A stretch of DNA of 64,000 nucleotides from Ignavibacteriaceae bacterium. Lineage in GTDB: Bacteria > Bacteroidota > Ignavibacteria > Ignavibacteriales > Ignavibacteriaceae. How positions within the stretch are numbered: position 1 is the stretch's first letter; every line of letters starts with the position of its first letter. The notes under the pieces were generated by a model. It searched no databases, was not told the origin of the DNA, and worked only from the letters and a program-made list of their open reading frames with translations. Below are positions 30,917-41,552 of this stretch, piece after piece. The stretch is taken from positions 117,130-181,129 of the forward strand of contig JALNZG010000006.1 of the NCBI GenBank assembly GCA_023229425.1, read 5' to 3'. Position numbers and translations under genes: made by a program.

Positions 30917-33217
30917 ATGCGAATAAAAAAAAAGATACGGATAATGTTAACGGTGGTGTGTATTTGCACATTGCAATTAACCTCACAAACCGTTACTGGT
31001 AAATTAGTTGACCAAAACGGTAGTGGTTTAGCGGGCATACAGTTAGAACTTTATATTAATCCAAAAGTATATAACGCAACTTCTTCTTCAGATGGATCAT
31101 TTATTTTTAATGATATTACTTATGTGCAAAAAGATGAACTGCTCCCAACCGGGTATTCGGTCTCAGATAATTATCCAAACCCATTCAATCCTAAAACGAG
31201 GATTGGAATAACATTACCCAACAGTGGAAGTGTTAGAATTAGTTTGTATAATTTTCTTGGACAATCTGTTCTAGCAGAGCTTGAAAGATATTATAGCGCG
31301 GGAACAAATTTTGTCGATTTAGAACTGAACGGATTACCGAATGGTGTTTACTTTGCTAGAGTAACACTAGATGGAAAATATACAGTTACAAAGAAATTGA
31401 TGCTCATCTATGGCAGTCAGCATCTGCCTTCTTCAATAAACCTCCCAAATATTCAACTTAACAAATCCACAATTACAAATAGTTTAACATTGGAGACAAA
31501 TCTTGATAGTCTTGTAGCTACCAGCACTATCACGGGAAGAAAAACTTTTAAGAATTTGCCAAGCATCGTGAGTAGTTCATTAAATTTAGGGAATTTTACT
31601 ATTGAAAGATTTTGTCTTGGTCTGCCAACGGTAACATATGAGGACAAAACATATAATACTGTGCAGATAGGTGCTCAATGCTGGTTAAAAGAAAATCTTA
31701 ATGTCGGAACTATGATAAATAGTTATAATTCGGCCGATTCTATGAGAAATAATGGCATAATTGAGAAATATTGTTTTAGGAATGATACTGCAAACTGTAG
31801 TAAATATGGAGGCTTGTACCAATGGGATGAAGCATTGACGTATAATGGGACAGAAAAAGTTCAAGGGATATGTCCAAGCGGTTGGCGTATCCCCACAAAA
31901 TCAGAGGGTGAAACGTTAAAGGCATCTGTGAACAATGATGGCAACGCATTAAAAGAAGTAGGAGAGGGAACGGGGAGCGGAATTGGCACCAACACCAGTG
32001 GCTTCTCGGCATTGCTCTCTGGCCACCGCTCTTCATATGGTTTTTTCGAATTTTTGGCAACCTCCACTAGATTTTGGAGTTCTACTAAGTATAGTACAAC
32101 AGCTGCCTTCTTTATGGCCTTGTCTAGCGATATCAATGCCACCTCCTTCAACGATGTAAATAAGTCATACGGTTTCAGTATTCGTTGCTTAAAAGATGAA
32201 AACACTATTAAAATAGGCAGTCTGAAAGACCAAACGATTTCCATGAACTCGCAATTTGGTCCGTACAAGATTTTAATGAGTCATGTAAAGTCACCTCTTG
32301 ATAGTATTGAAATATTTGCCGCTTCATCTAATTGGGAATTGGTAGACACAAATTCCATTGTACTGACCAAAACTAAAGATGAAATTACTCTAACCGTATT
32401 ACCGAGTCTTGGAAAATATGGCGTGACAGAAATATCTTTGGTTGTTCAAGACAAAGAGAACAGAGACTCCGCTAGTTTTAATTTGACCGTTGTTGCAAGC
32501 AATGCAAATTTATCTTATCCAACCATCTTGAGAAAATTGGATGAAACCGAAATGACAATTAGACAGAACGAATTGACCCAAATGCTCGGAACAAAATATA
32601 TTGCAACACTTGATTCGTTTGGTCTTATAGGGCATCTAGGAATGTTGAGTAGAGGGCGGTCGAGCATAACTACAGCCGATCAAGCTATTTCGGTCGCAAA
32701 AAATGCATTATTACATTTTAAAGATTTTACAAATGTTGCTGATACTTCGTTGTTGACCGTTCACGAGGCAACAAATTACAACCCTTTCCCAACGAATAAT
32801 TCAGATTGGACTGTCGATTTTGATAATCAGTCGTATAATAATCTTGAAGTGTGGCGAACCAACATTCTTTTGCTTATCAACGATGTAAAAATCTCTATGG
32901 ACTGGCATCATTACAAAGACATTTTTATTCCTAAAGTTGATTTGATCAGTAAAGAAAGAGCAAAAAGAGAATTAGTCGGAAAAGAAATCTCATATTATTG
33001 CTGGGGACCAACCAAATTTACGATGACCGAAGAATCCATTAATATTGATAGTTTGTCATTAAGTATTTACCCTTTAAGTAAAAATGATGTGATAGAGTTT
33101 CGGGCAGTTTGGAAGGTTCCTATTTATGAATCATCAAGCCAATTTCCAAGTTGGTATTATTTCATAGATGTTTTGACTGGTGAGATAGTTGGAACTGAGC
33201 AGTTGTTTATTTGTTAA
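30917..33217 (+). CDS. Multidomain secreted protein: T9SS-CTD-like Ig domain, Fib_succ_major domain and unrelated C-terminal region
   Basis: DNYPNPFNP...NGVYF...KKLMLI near the N-terminus; YNTVQIGAQCWLKENLNVG, GICPSGWRIPT, GFSIRCLKD; about 340 further aa. Confidence 0.8.
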   Translation: MRIKKKIRIMLTVVCICTLQLTSQTVTGKLVDQNGSGLAGIQLELYINPKVYNATSSSDGSFIFNDITYVQKDELLPTGYSVSDNYPNPFNPKTRIGITLPNSGSVRISLYNFLGQSVLAELERYYSAGTNFVDLELNGLPNGVYFARVTLDGKYTVTKKLMLIYGSQHLPSSINLPNIQLNKSTITNSLTLETNLDSLVATSTITGRKTFKNLPSIVSSSLNLGNFTIERFCLGLPTVTYEDKTYNTVQIGAQCWLKENLNVGTMINSYNSADSMRNNGIIEKYCFRNDTANCSKYGGLYQWDEALTYNGTEKVQGICPSGWRIPTKSEGETLKASVNNDGNALKEVGEGTGSGIGTNTSGFSALLSGHRSSYGFFEFLATSTRFWSSTKYSTTAAFFMALSSDINATSFNDVNKSYGFSIRCLKDENTIKIGSLKDQTISMNSQFGPYKILMSHVKSPLDSIEIFAASSNWELVDTNSIVLTKTKDEITLTVLPSLGKYGVTEISLVVQDKENRDSASFNLTVVASNANLSYPTILRKLDETEMTIRQNELTQMLGTKYIATLDSFGLIGHLGMLSRGRSSITTADQAISVAKNALLHFKDFTNVADTSLLTVHEATNYNPFPTNNSDWTVDFDNQSYNNLEVWRTNILLLINDVKISMDWHHYKDIFIPKVDLISKERAKRELVGKEISYYCWGPTKFTMTEESINIDSLSLSIYPLSKNDVIEFRAVWKVPIYESSSQFPSWYYFIDVLTGEIVGTEQLFIC
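31991..32197 (+). other. DGR variable-region-like segment 2 (internal, most diverged)
   Basis: Colinear with segments 1 and 3. Confidence 0.55.
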
Positions 33218-33245
33218 AGTATTTCGTACAAAAATTAAAGAGCCT

Positions 33246-33914
33246 ATGAAAAATGTAATTTATTTTATTCTTGTTTCACTTCTTGTGTTTACATCATGCA
33301 AGAAAGATGCAAGCAATCCTCTATCTCCAATAGACACTTCGCAAACAGTTACGTACTCTGGGAAAGTGTACCACACAGTAAAAATTGGTAATCAAACTTG
33401 GCTTAAAGAAAACTTGGATGTCGGTGTGATGATTGATAGTATGCAAAACCCAAGCAATAACGGAGTAATTGAAAAATACTGTTATGGTAATGACACAGCA
33501 AATTGTACTAAGTACGGTGGATTATATCAATGGAGTGAAGCAATGGCTTATGACACCGCAAACGGTACAAAAGGCATCTGTCCAACTGGATGGCACATAT
33601 CAACGACGGCAGAATTTGATACATTAGCGGCAGCGGTGTATAATAATAGCAACTCACTAAAAGCAGTTGGGCAAGGAGATTCGCAATATGGAGGAGCTGG
33701 CACAAACTCGAGCGGTTTCTCTGCCTTGTTAGCGGGCTACCGCTCCTATAGTGGTAACTTCTTCAATTTAGGAAACGTCACTCTCTTTTGGAGTTCTACA
33801 AAGGACCCTGGAACGTACGCCTACAACATGTACATGTGGGACAGTGGTAGCATTATCAGCATTGGCCTTGGGTTCAAGGTGTACGGTTTGAGTATTCGTT
33901 GCATAAAGGATTAA
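33246..33914 (+). CDS. Fib_succ_major (FISUMP) domain lipoprotein
   Basis: Lipobox FTSC; YHTVKIGNQTWLKENLDVG, YGGLYQW, GLSIRCIKD-stop; ATG at 33246. Confidence 0.88.
   Translation: MKNVIYFILVSLLVFTSCKKDASNPLSPIDTSQTVTYSGKVYHTVKIGNQTWLKENLDVGVMIDSMQNPSNNGVIEKYCYGNDTANCTKYGGLYQWSEAMAYDTANGTKGICPTGWHISTTAEFDTLAAAVYNNSNSLKAVGQGDSQYGGAGTNSSGFSALLAGYRSYSGNFFNLGNVTLFWSSTKDPGTYAYNMYMWDSGSIISIGLGFKVYGLSIRCIKD
33705..33911 (+). other. DGR variable-region-like segment 3
   Basis: Retains several AAC/AAT codons at positions that vary in the other two segments. Confidence 0.65.
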
Positions 33915-34200
33915 AATGAAAATTAACGGATTTTGTGTAACATACGATTTGACAAGTCGAAATTATGACCAGTAATTGCATGAGATTCAATTAAGAATTA
34001 ACTAAACACCCTGTAATTGTTATGAGTAAAAAGAACAATTCGAATGCAGTACTATTAATATCGTTAATGTTTCTTGTCCTAAATTGAAAGTTAAAACCAT
34101 AGAGTTTTGTGCAATCTAAAAAGATGATAGTTTTAAAGTAAGCAGCATCATAAACAGGAACCAGAAAATCGAAACATACATTTTCGCAAGACCATCGGGA

Positions 34201-35120
34201 TTGCAAATAAAAGGGTATGCAAAAAAAATTAACGACGTAAATACGGTTCTTTGTTTTGATCTCGAAGATATCCTAAAAGAGATACCCGGCGATTCGATTA
34301 ATGCCGATGAAAAACAATTGCAGAGGAAAGCAGTTGTAGATACGATAGCAGTATTGAGCGACTCTTTTAAAAACAGACGTATCGGGATTAGGGTGAACAT
34401 TTTTAATTCAAATGAGTTTTATAAAGACCTTGAAGCCTTAGGAAAACTTAAAACACAAGTAAGGTTAACCTCAATTTTTTTACCAAAAGTTGAAAACGGA
34501 AAAGAGATTCTACATTGTTTTAATCTTTTCAAGGAGAGAGAAATTGAATTCGAAGATATTATTCCGATCATCGAAAGTAAAAACGCATACGTAAATCTCA
34601 ACGAGATTGTGACCGTAGCAAAAGATTTTACAAAAAAATTAGCTTTTGGCCATTGTGATTTTAATTATGCGCATCACCATTTCCCTTTCTTGCACCAACG
34701 TTCAGAAAAATATTGGGAATGGATTGAAGCTATTAACAAAGTTACAGAAGCCAATAATATACTCTTTATAAACTCACCGTATCTATTTCTGGATGATGAT
34801 GAGGGCTTTTTATGGAATCTAAAACAATTGAACTCAATTGTTACGGGTAGTGTTGGACAAATTACTTTAACTTTACGCCAGACAATGCTATGCTCGCTCT
34901 ACAAAAATAATTCAATCCCGTTTGCACTTAAAAAAAATATTTTGTAGAGAACAAACAGATAAAAACTTTCGCAAATACTCTCATTTCTGATTTTGAAGAG
35001 AATAGGATGGGGACTCTAAGTTTCTCGCTCAACCGTAAAAAGAGGATCGTCATCTCTCCTCAAGAGTATTTGGCGGCAAAAGAATATTTAAGAGAATTGA
35101 ACTTTTCAAATGGAGAATAA
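34201..35120 (+). pseudogene. HpcH/HpaI aldolase / citrate lyase beta family, frameshifted at an A8 run
   Basis: CFDLED, GIRVN, IFLPKVE, IPIIES, FGHCDFN; adding one A at 34930-34937 extends the frame about 60 codons to TAA at 35118-35120. Confidence 0.7.
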
Positions 35121-35952
35121 AATCAAAGTTTTAATTGTTGGCGGTTGTTTCCCCGTTCAGGAGAATATTACCCCAGAGGACCTTTATCACCAGATATTAA
35201 AAAAGAAACTTAACGAATATATTGGAGTAAATCTGGAAATTAAAATAATCCGTTACGATCTTATTCCTCAATGCTATGAAGCTATAGTTGAAGCAATTGA
35301 TCTAGACAAACCGGATTGGATATTATTCCACTTGAGGGTTGAACCGCTTTTGGGTTTGGCTAAACTCTATTATAAATATCATGACAAAAATAAGACAAGA
35401 ACTACGTGTATTACTGCCTCTTCTATAAACTTCAAATACAAAAAGAACCATCCGACAGGCAAGGAGTTAAAGGATAAAGAGAGTTCCGGAGGATCATTAA
35501 ATTCACAAAGTTTGGTGCGTTACATTTTAAGAGAAATGAATTACTTTTTGGGAAAAATTGTTGGAAATATGACCTCCGCATTTGCTATTTATTTAGATTT
35601 ATTACAACAGATCATTACGTTATGTAAGAATAGCAATATCGAACTCATAATTACGGGTCCGGTTTCAAGACCACATACTTTTTATGAAGATTATTTTTCC
35701 CGCAAATTGCATCTCTTTATAAATTCATTTATCAGTGGCAAGGGAATGATCTATCTAAATTGTCTTGGGAGAAGCGATCAAAACGGTGAATCACTTTTTT
35801 TTGATGATCAAATTATGGTTAATGAAAGAGGTCACAAAAGAATTGCAGAATTAATTTATACAGCGATCTGTGAACAAAATTTATCTATACGGACAATGGT
35901 TGTCAGGGATGAAACATGCCCCGGGTCTAAAGGCACCCACAAATTGCTGTAG
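35110..35952 (+). CDS. SGNH/GDSL hydrolase-like protein
   Basis: LIVGGCF N-terminus, PDWILF, C-terminal DDQIMVNERGHKRIAELI resembling block V with the His replaced. Confidence 0.55.
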   Translation: MENKIKVLIVGGCFPVQENITPEDLYHQILKKKLNEYIGVNLEIKIIRYDLIPQCYEAIVEAIDLDKPDWILFHLRVEPLLGLAKLYYKYHDKNKTRTTCITASSINFKYKKNHPTGKELKDKESSGGSLNSQSLVRYILREMNYFLGKIVGNMTSAFAIYLDLLQQIITLCKNSNIELIITGPVSRPHTFYEDYFSRKLHLFINSFISGKGMIYLNCLGRSDQNGESLFFDDQIMVNERGHKRIAELIYTAICEQNLSIRTMVVRDETCPGSKGTHKLL

Positions 35953-36072
35953 TGATTGCCCTGTTTACCGTAATGCAACGGCGGGGAGTATCAACTTTTT
36001 CATTCTGAATTCTTACTTCTGAATTCCGCCTTCTTCCCTTATTACTTTAAACTTTCAACATTCCGCCGCTAG

Positions 36073-37059
36073 TCAAATCCACTTCATTTCCTTGTACCAG
36101 GCAACCGTTCTTTTAATTCCTTCTTCAAGAGATATTTCCTGCTTATATCCGAAATGATCAAAAGCTTTTTGCGAAGAACAGATCCAATCTTTTTGAGTGA
36201 TGTCGCGCGCTTTTTCCAAATTCAACGTTGCCGCTTTACTTGAAAAATGAGAAAAGAAATGTGCAACCGCCGCAATACCATAAACTAAAAAGTGAGGAAC
36301 AATAATATGCAACGCATGACGGTTTAATGATTTCTCCGTTACCTTGCCAATTTCTTCCCAAGTATAAAATTTTTCAGAACCGATAAAATATATCTCTCCT
36401 TTTGTTCTTTCGGAAAGAGCGGCGAGATAAAGTCCGCGAACTAAGTCCTTAACGTGAATTAAATTGATACGCTTAATGTCTAAACCGATTGTTGTAAAAA
36501 TTCCAATATGATAAGTTTTAAAGAAAATTAAAATTTCGGTATCGCGTTCACCATAAACAGCCGGTGCACGGCAGATAGTGATTGGCAACTCATTAAAAAA
36601 CTGGCTTGCGACCTTTTCTTTTTCTAATTTACTTCTTCCGTAAGTAGTTATTGGGTGTGGTTCCATCGCCTCATTAACCGGTTCTCCGTCAAACGAAGGA
36701 CCGCCTGCAGTTTGACTACTCACAATCAGAATTTTTTTCAATGAACTTTTAAACTCAATCGCGGTTTCTAACAAAGTTCTTGTTGTTTCCACATTCCCCT
36801 TAAAATAACCTTCCCGTCTTTTTGATTTAACAACTCCCGCAACGTGATAGAGATAGGAAGCGCCGTTAAAAGCTTTGCGCAAGCCTTCTTTATCAAATAA
36901 TCCCGAATTAATAATTTCCACATCTTTATCTTTTAACCATTTCAGATCGCTGCTTTTACGGATAATACATCGTACTGCAAAATTCTGATCGAGTAAATAA
37001 TCTACTAAATGGCTTCCCACAAAACCATTGCCGCCTGTAACAACTGCAATTTCCTTCAT
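36073..37059 (-). CDS. NAD-dependent epimerase/dehydratase (extended SDR), candidate ceramide reductase
   Basis: VTGGNGFVGSHL, YGRSK, RAPAVYG; divergent from spt. Confidence 0.8.
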   Translation of the reverse strand: MKEIAVVTGGNGFVGSHLVDYLLDQNFAVRCIIRKSSDLKWLKDKDVEIINSGLFDKEGLRKAFNGASYLYHVAGVVKSKRREGYFKGNVETTRTLLETAIEFKSSLKKILIVSSQTAGGPSFDGEPVNEAMEPHPITTYGRSKLEKEKVASQFFNELPITICRAPAVYGERDTEILIFFKTYHIGIFTTIGLDIKRINLIHVKDLVRGLYLAALSERTKGEIYFIGSEKFYTWEEIGKVTEKSLNRHALHIIVPHFLVYGIAAVAHFFSHFSSKAATLNLEKARDITQKDWICSSQKAFDHFGYKQEISLEEGIKRTVAWYKEMKWI

Positions 37060-37173
37060 TTTTTTTCCGTAATTTGATTTTGAAACTATTTAATTATAGA
37101 TTTTAAATGAAAAATTACAAAAATAAGTTCGTATAAATAAATTATTTAATAATAACCGGATACGGAGGATCTT

Positions 37174-38364
37174 TTGGATCTATTTAATAAATGCTTTGAG
37201 TTTACGCGTGCCGACGAAGTTAAAAAGCTTGGCTTATATCCATACTTCAGACCTATCGAAGCAAATGAAGGACCCGTTGTAAAGATTGAAGGAAGAAAAA
37301 TTGTTATGGCAGGCTCAAATAATTATTTGGGACTAACCGCACATCCTGCTGTAAAAGAAGCCGCAATAAAAGCTATTGAAAAATATGGAACAGGCTGTTC
37401 GGGTTCCCGTTATTTAACCGGAACACTTGATCTTCATATAGAATTAGAAGACAGATTGGCAAAATTCTTAGAAGTTGAAGCAGTATTATTATTTTCTACT
37501 GGTTACCAGACTGCTCAGGGAATTATTCCTACATTAGTAAACCGCGGCGAATATGTTGTTTCTGATAGAGATAACCATGCTTGTATTGTCGCTGGAAATT
37601 TAATGGCAAAAGGGATAACTGCAGAAGTTGTTCGGTATAAACACAACGATATGACTGATTTAGAGAGAGTGATCTCAAAACTGCCGGAATCTGCCGGAAA
37701 GCTTGTTGTAAGCGACGGCGTTTTTTCCACCGGCGGTGAAATTGTTGATCTGCCCGAATTAAATAAAATTGCAAAAAAATATGGCGCAAGAATTTTAATT
37801 GATGATGCACATGCTACCGGCGTTATCGGTGTTGGCGGAAGAGGGAGTGCAAGCGAATTTAATCTTGGAAAAGAAATTGATCTAACTATGGGAACCTTCA
37901 GTAAAACTTTTGCATCGCTCGGCGGTTTTGTAGCAGGCACAGAAAGAGTTATCAATTATTTAAAACATAATGCCGCAGCCTTAATTTTTTCAGCTTCACC
38001 TACTCCGGCATCAGCCGCTTCTGCATTAGCCGCTCTTGCTATTTTGGAAAAAGAACCTGAAAGAGTTACAAAAGTTGTTCGTAATGCAGCAAAAGTCAGG
38101 ACTGCATTAACAGAAGCCGGTTTCAAAGTTGAACCGGGAAGAACCGCTATTGTACCGGTTATCGTCGGCTCTGATGAAGTAGCTTTTGTAATGTGGAAAG
38201 CTCTTTTTGAAGCCGGTGTTTTCGTAAATGTTTTTATTTCTCCCGGTGTTCCGCAAGGCAGACAAATGATGCGAACAAGTTATATGTCAACTCATGAAGA
38301 TGAACATCTGGACTTTATCATCGAAACCTTTAAGAAAGTCGGTAAAGAATTCGGATTGATCTAA
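37174..38364 (+). CDS. spt: Serine palmitoyltransferase-like alpha-oxoamine synthase
   Basis: [53 protein letters not shown]. Confidence 0.8.
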   Translation: MDLFNKCFEFTRADEVKKLGLYPYFRPIEANEGPVVKIEGRKIVMAGSNNYLGLTAHPAVKEAAIKAIEKYGTGCSGSRYLTGTLDLHIELEDRLAKFLEVEAVLLFSTGYQTAQGIIPTLVNRGEYVVSDRDNHACIVAGNLMAKGITAEVVRYKHNDMTDLERVISKLPESAGKLVVSDGVFSTGGEIVDLPELNKIAKKYGARILIDDAHATGVIGVGGRGSASEFNLGKEIDLTMGTFSKTFASLGGFVAGTERVINYLKHNAAALIFSASPTPASAASALAALAILEKEPERVTKVVRNAAKVRTALTEAGFKVEPGRTAIVPVIVGSDEVAFVMWKALFEAGVFVNVFISPGVPQGRQMMRTSYMSTHEDEHLDFIIETFKKVGKEFGLI

Positions 38365-38452
38365 TTGGTTATTAGTCATCAGTCAATCGTCATTTTGTTT
38401 TACAATGACTACTACCCAAGATAATTCAGAATAAATTTTGAAAGGTGTTACT

Positions 38453-39577
38453 ATGAGCGCTTCCGTAGAAATTTCCATGGTACGAACAAAATCAGAGTTG
38501 ATGGAGTTTATCAAATGTCAATGGCAGTTTTATAAAAATGATCCATACTGGGTTCCACCTCTGATCATGGATAGAAAAAAACTCTTAAATAAAGAGAAGA
38601 ATCCATTCTTCAAACACGCGGAAGCTGATTACTTTCTCGCTAAAAGAGATGGTAAAATTGTCGGACGAATTGCTGCAATCAAAAATGATCTGCATAATAA
38701 ATACCACAATGAAAATATCGGATTTTTCGGGTTCTTCGAATCTATTAATGATCAAGCGGTTGCGAATGCTTTGTTCGATACGGCAAAAGACTGGCTTGCC
38801 AAGCGAGGATTAACCCACATGCGCGGTCCGGCAAATCCCTCTTCCAACGATGAATGGGGAATGCTGCTCGAAGGCTTTAACGACTCACCACGATTATTAA
38901 TGACGCATAATCCAAAATATTATTTAGACCTTTGCGATAACTACGGATTCTACAAAGCAAAAGATCTCCTTGCATATCAACTTGAAAACAAAAAAGTTAA
39001 CTCCTCTGAAAAACTTAAACGCGTCGCTGAGATCGCCAGAAAAAGATCCGGTATAAAAATTACTTCTCTTGATATGAAAAATTTTAATTCTGAATTAGAG
39101 AAAATAAAATTAGTTTATAACAAAGCCTGGGCGCCAAACTGGGGTTTTGTTCCCATGACCGAAGATGAAATTGACGCGATGGCTAAAGATTTAAAACCAT
39201 TAGTTGAACCTTCTTTAGTTTTGTTTGGTGAAATTAAAGGAGAGGTTGTAGGTTTCGCCCTTTGCATGCTTGATTATAATCAGATATTCAAAGAAATGAA
39301 CGGGCATCTTTTCCCTTTCAACTTTTTAAAATTGAAAACGAAGAAAAAAGAAATTAAATGGGCAAGAGTTATTACGCTTGGCATTATTCCCGAATATCAA
39401 AAACGGGGACTTGACGCAGTGTTTTACATGGAATGTCTTAATCGCGCGCATACTATCGGAATTGATTTAGGCGAAGCAAGCTGGATTCTTGAAGATAACG
39501 AAATGATGAACCGGGGCGCAGAAGTAATGCAAGGCGAGGTTTATAAAAAATATAGAATCTATGAGATTGCAATTTAG
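38453..39577 (+). CDS. GNAT-fold acyltransferase, bacterial ceramide synthase-like
   Basis: DPYWVPPL, VGRIAA, GFFGFFES, AWAPNWGFVPMT, GIIPEYQKRG, SWILEDN; co-oriented with spt. Confidence 0.75.
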   Translation: MSASVEISMVRTKSELMEFIKCQWQFYKNDPYWVPPLIMDRKKLLNKEKNPFFKHAEADYFLAKRDGKIVGRIAAIKNDLHNKYHNENIGFFGFFESINDQAVANALFDTAKDWLAKRGLTHMRGPANPSSNDEWGMLLEGFNDSPRLLMTHNPKYYLDLCDNYGFYKAKDLLAYQLENKKVNSSEKLKRVAEIARKRSGIKITSLDMKNFNSELEKIKLVYNKAWAPNWGFVPMTEDEIDAMAKDLKPLVEPSLVLFGEIKGEVVGFALCMLDYNQIFKEMNGHLFPFNFLKLKTKKKEIKWARVITLGIIPEYQKRGLDAVFYMECLNRAHTIGIDLGEASWILEDNEMMNRGAEVMQGEVYKKYRIYEIAI

Positions 39578-41552
39578 ATTCTTCCTCTTTTCCCTTTTTC
39601 TTTTTTACACAGCTCCATCATTTTGTCAATACAACAAAAGCGATGAAGCGTTAGTAAAAACAACTTTCACAAGAGAGTTCGATAATAAAATTATTTCATC
39701 CTATCTCAATTCAAATGATGAGAGAAAAATACAAACTGCACTTCTCTCGATAAGTCATTCAGAGGATTCTTCATTCATTCCCCAAATCTGTTCTTTAGAT
39801 TTTCAAAAGTATTATGGAATCATTTGTTTTACACTTGGTCAGCTTGGGGAACAGCGAAGTTCAACTCAATATCTTTGGCAGATGTTTGAAAAACATCAAG
39901 TTAAGGAAATCCAAAAGCTAGTTCTTGAAACAATTGGAAAGACCGGCAACAATAACGATTTACAAAAATTTCTTTACTTAAATGAACAAAAGAAAATTAT
40001 AAGTAACTGCGGATTCGCATTAGCGATTTACAATTTTTCTCTCCGCAAAATTTCCGAGAAGGAAAGCATTTCTTTTCTAAATGAAATTTTAGCGGCAGGG
40101 AAAGAAGGATGTGAAGAAACTCTTTTCACTCTTTATCGAATGGGGACAACAGATTCTCTAATTCTCTCTTCGATCGAAAAAATTATCCGCACTGAAATTA
40201 AAAAAGAAATCCCTTCGCAATTTGTTATTCAATACGCGCTAGGAATTTTCCGCAAAGCAAAATACTTTCCGAATGATTTTGGACTTCTTTATAAGTTAAG
40301 CGCTAACTCTAATCCAATAATCCGTATTGAAATTGCTCGAACCAGTATTTACTTCCCTTTTACAGTGCTAACTAATTTTGATTTTCTTCTTCAATTACTC
40401 CTGGATAAAAATTCAAATGTTTCAAGACAAATGGCAATCTCATTCCGTGAAATACAATTAAACGAAAAATTCAAAGCAGATGCCTTGCAGTTTATTAGAA
40501 ATCAACTGAAGAATAAAAATCTTTCTGAGGCGACACGCGGTGAATTGTTTATTGCTTTCATAAAACATTTACAGACGCTCGATACCTATTTTATAAAAGA
40601 ATACGAACCATTCATAGATAAAGCCTTTGTCTATCAAAGCTGCGGTGAATTGGCAATCCTTCCGAATGATATTTTTAATTATCTCATCGGGAAATATGCA
40701 CTTGAGAAAAAAGAGAACAAACTTTTTATTCTTTCTTCGTTGTTAAAGCATCAAAAAAATTATGGCGGCAGTAAATCTTTTAGTGATTTTGCCTTTAAAG
40801 TCCTCGCCGAAAAAGATATTTCCCTTTCAACTACTTTGCTCGATGAACTTTCCGATGATTTTATCTCTAAGAATAAAAAGAAGCTTGTTGAAACCATTTT
40901 AGCCGACACAAAACGGAATAAAAATGATCTGAATTTCGCCGGTAGTCTTGAGAGTTATTATAAAGTGACAGAAAAAATCGGTAAAATTTCCGCGAATAAA
41001 TTCTGCAAAATTTTAGCTTCTTCCAACATTCATTCAATTGCTAAGTTTGCCTCGGTTAAGCTTGGGAATAAAGTTCCAAATCAACATAACATGAAATATT
41101 TTGCAAGACTTTGGGAACGTGCATTCAAATATGAGGGAGCAATAGTAAAAACCACAAAAGGAAATTTCACAATTCAATTTCTGCCGGATGCGGCTCCTAT
41201 TTCAGTTGGTAACTTTTGTCTGCTTGCAGAAAAAAACTTTTTTAACGGATTAAAGTTTCATAGGGTTGTTCCCGCTTTTGTTATCCAAGGCGGTGACCCG
41301 GAAAATACCGGTTGGGGAGGTTCTGATATTCCCATCGTTTCTGAATTTTCACCATATCAATTTCAAACGGGAATTGTGGGGATGGCAAGCAGCGGAAAAG
41401 ATACCGAGAGTTCACAATGGTTTGTGATGCAGGCGTTTCACCCGCATCTTAACGGCAGATACACTATCTTCGGAAATGTGGTGGAAGGATTAGAAACCGT
41501 TTTACAGACAGAACAACAAGATAAAATTCTCTCAGTTGAATTGCTTCACTGA
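39561..41552 (+). CDS. HEAT-repeat protein with C-terminal cyclophilin PPIase domain
   Basis: FHRVVPAFVIQGGDP, GMASSGKDTESSQWF, HLNGRYTIFG. Confidence 0.88.
   Translation: MRLQFRFFLFSLFLFYTAPSFCQYNKSDEALVKTTFTREFDNKIISSYLNSNDERKIQTALLSISHSEDSSFIPQICSLDFQKYYGIICFTLGQLGEQRSSTQYLWQMFEKHQVKEIQKLVLETIGKTGNNNDLQKFLYLNEQKKIISNCGFALAIYNFSLRKISEKESISFLNEILAAGKEGCEETLFTLYRMGTTDSLILSSIEKIIRTEIKKEIPSQFVIQYALGIFRKAKYFPNDFGLLYKLSANSNPIIRIEIARTSIYFPFTVLTNFDFLLQLLLDKNSNVSRQMAISFREIQLNEKFKADALQFIRNQLKNKNLSEATRGELFIAFIKHLQTLDTYFIKEYEPFIDKAFVYQSCGELAILPNDIFNYLIGKYALEKKENKLFILSSLLKHQKNYGGSKSFSDFAFKVLAEKDISLSTTLLDELSDDFISKNKKKLVETILADTKRNKNDLNFAGSLESYYKVTEKIGKISANKFCKILASSNIHSIAKFASVKLGNKVPNQHNMKYFARLWERAFKYEGAIVKTTKGNFTIQFLPDAAPISVGNFCLLAEKNFFNGLKFHRVVPAFVIQGGDPENTGWGGSDIPIVSEFSPYQFQTGIVGMASSGKDTESSQWFVMQAFHPHLNGRYTIFGNVVEGLETVLQTEQQDKILSVELLH

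Noticed and set aside
27900..34100. DGR template repeat or reverse transcriptase near the FISUMP genes
   Set aside because: No AAC-rich non-coding copy and no RT-like ORF seen anywhere in the window
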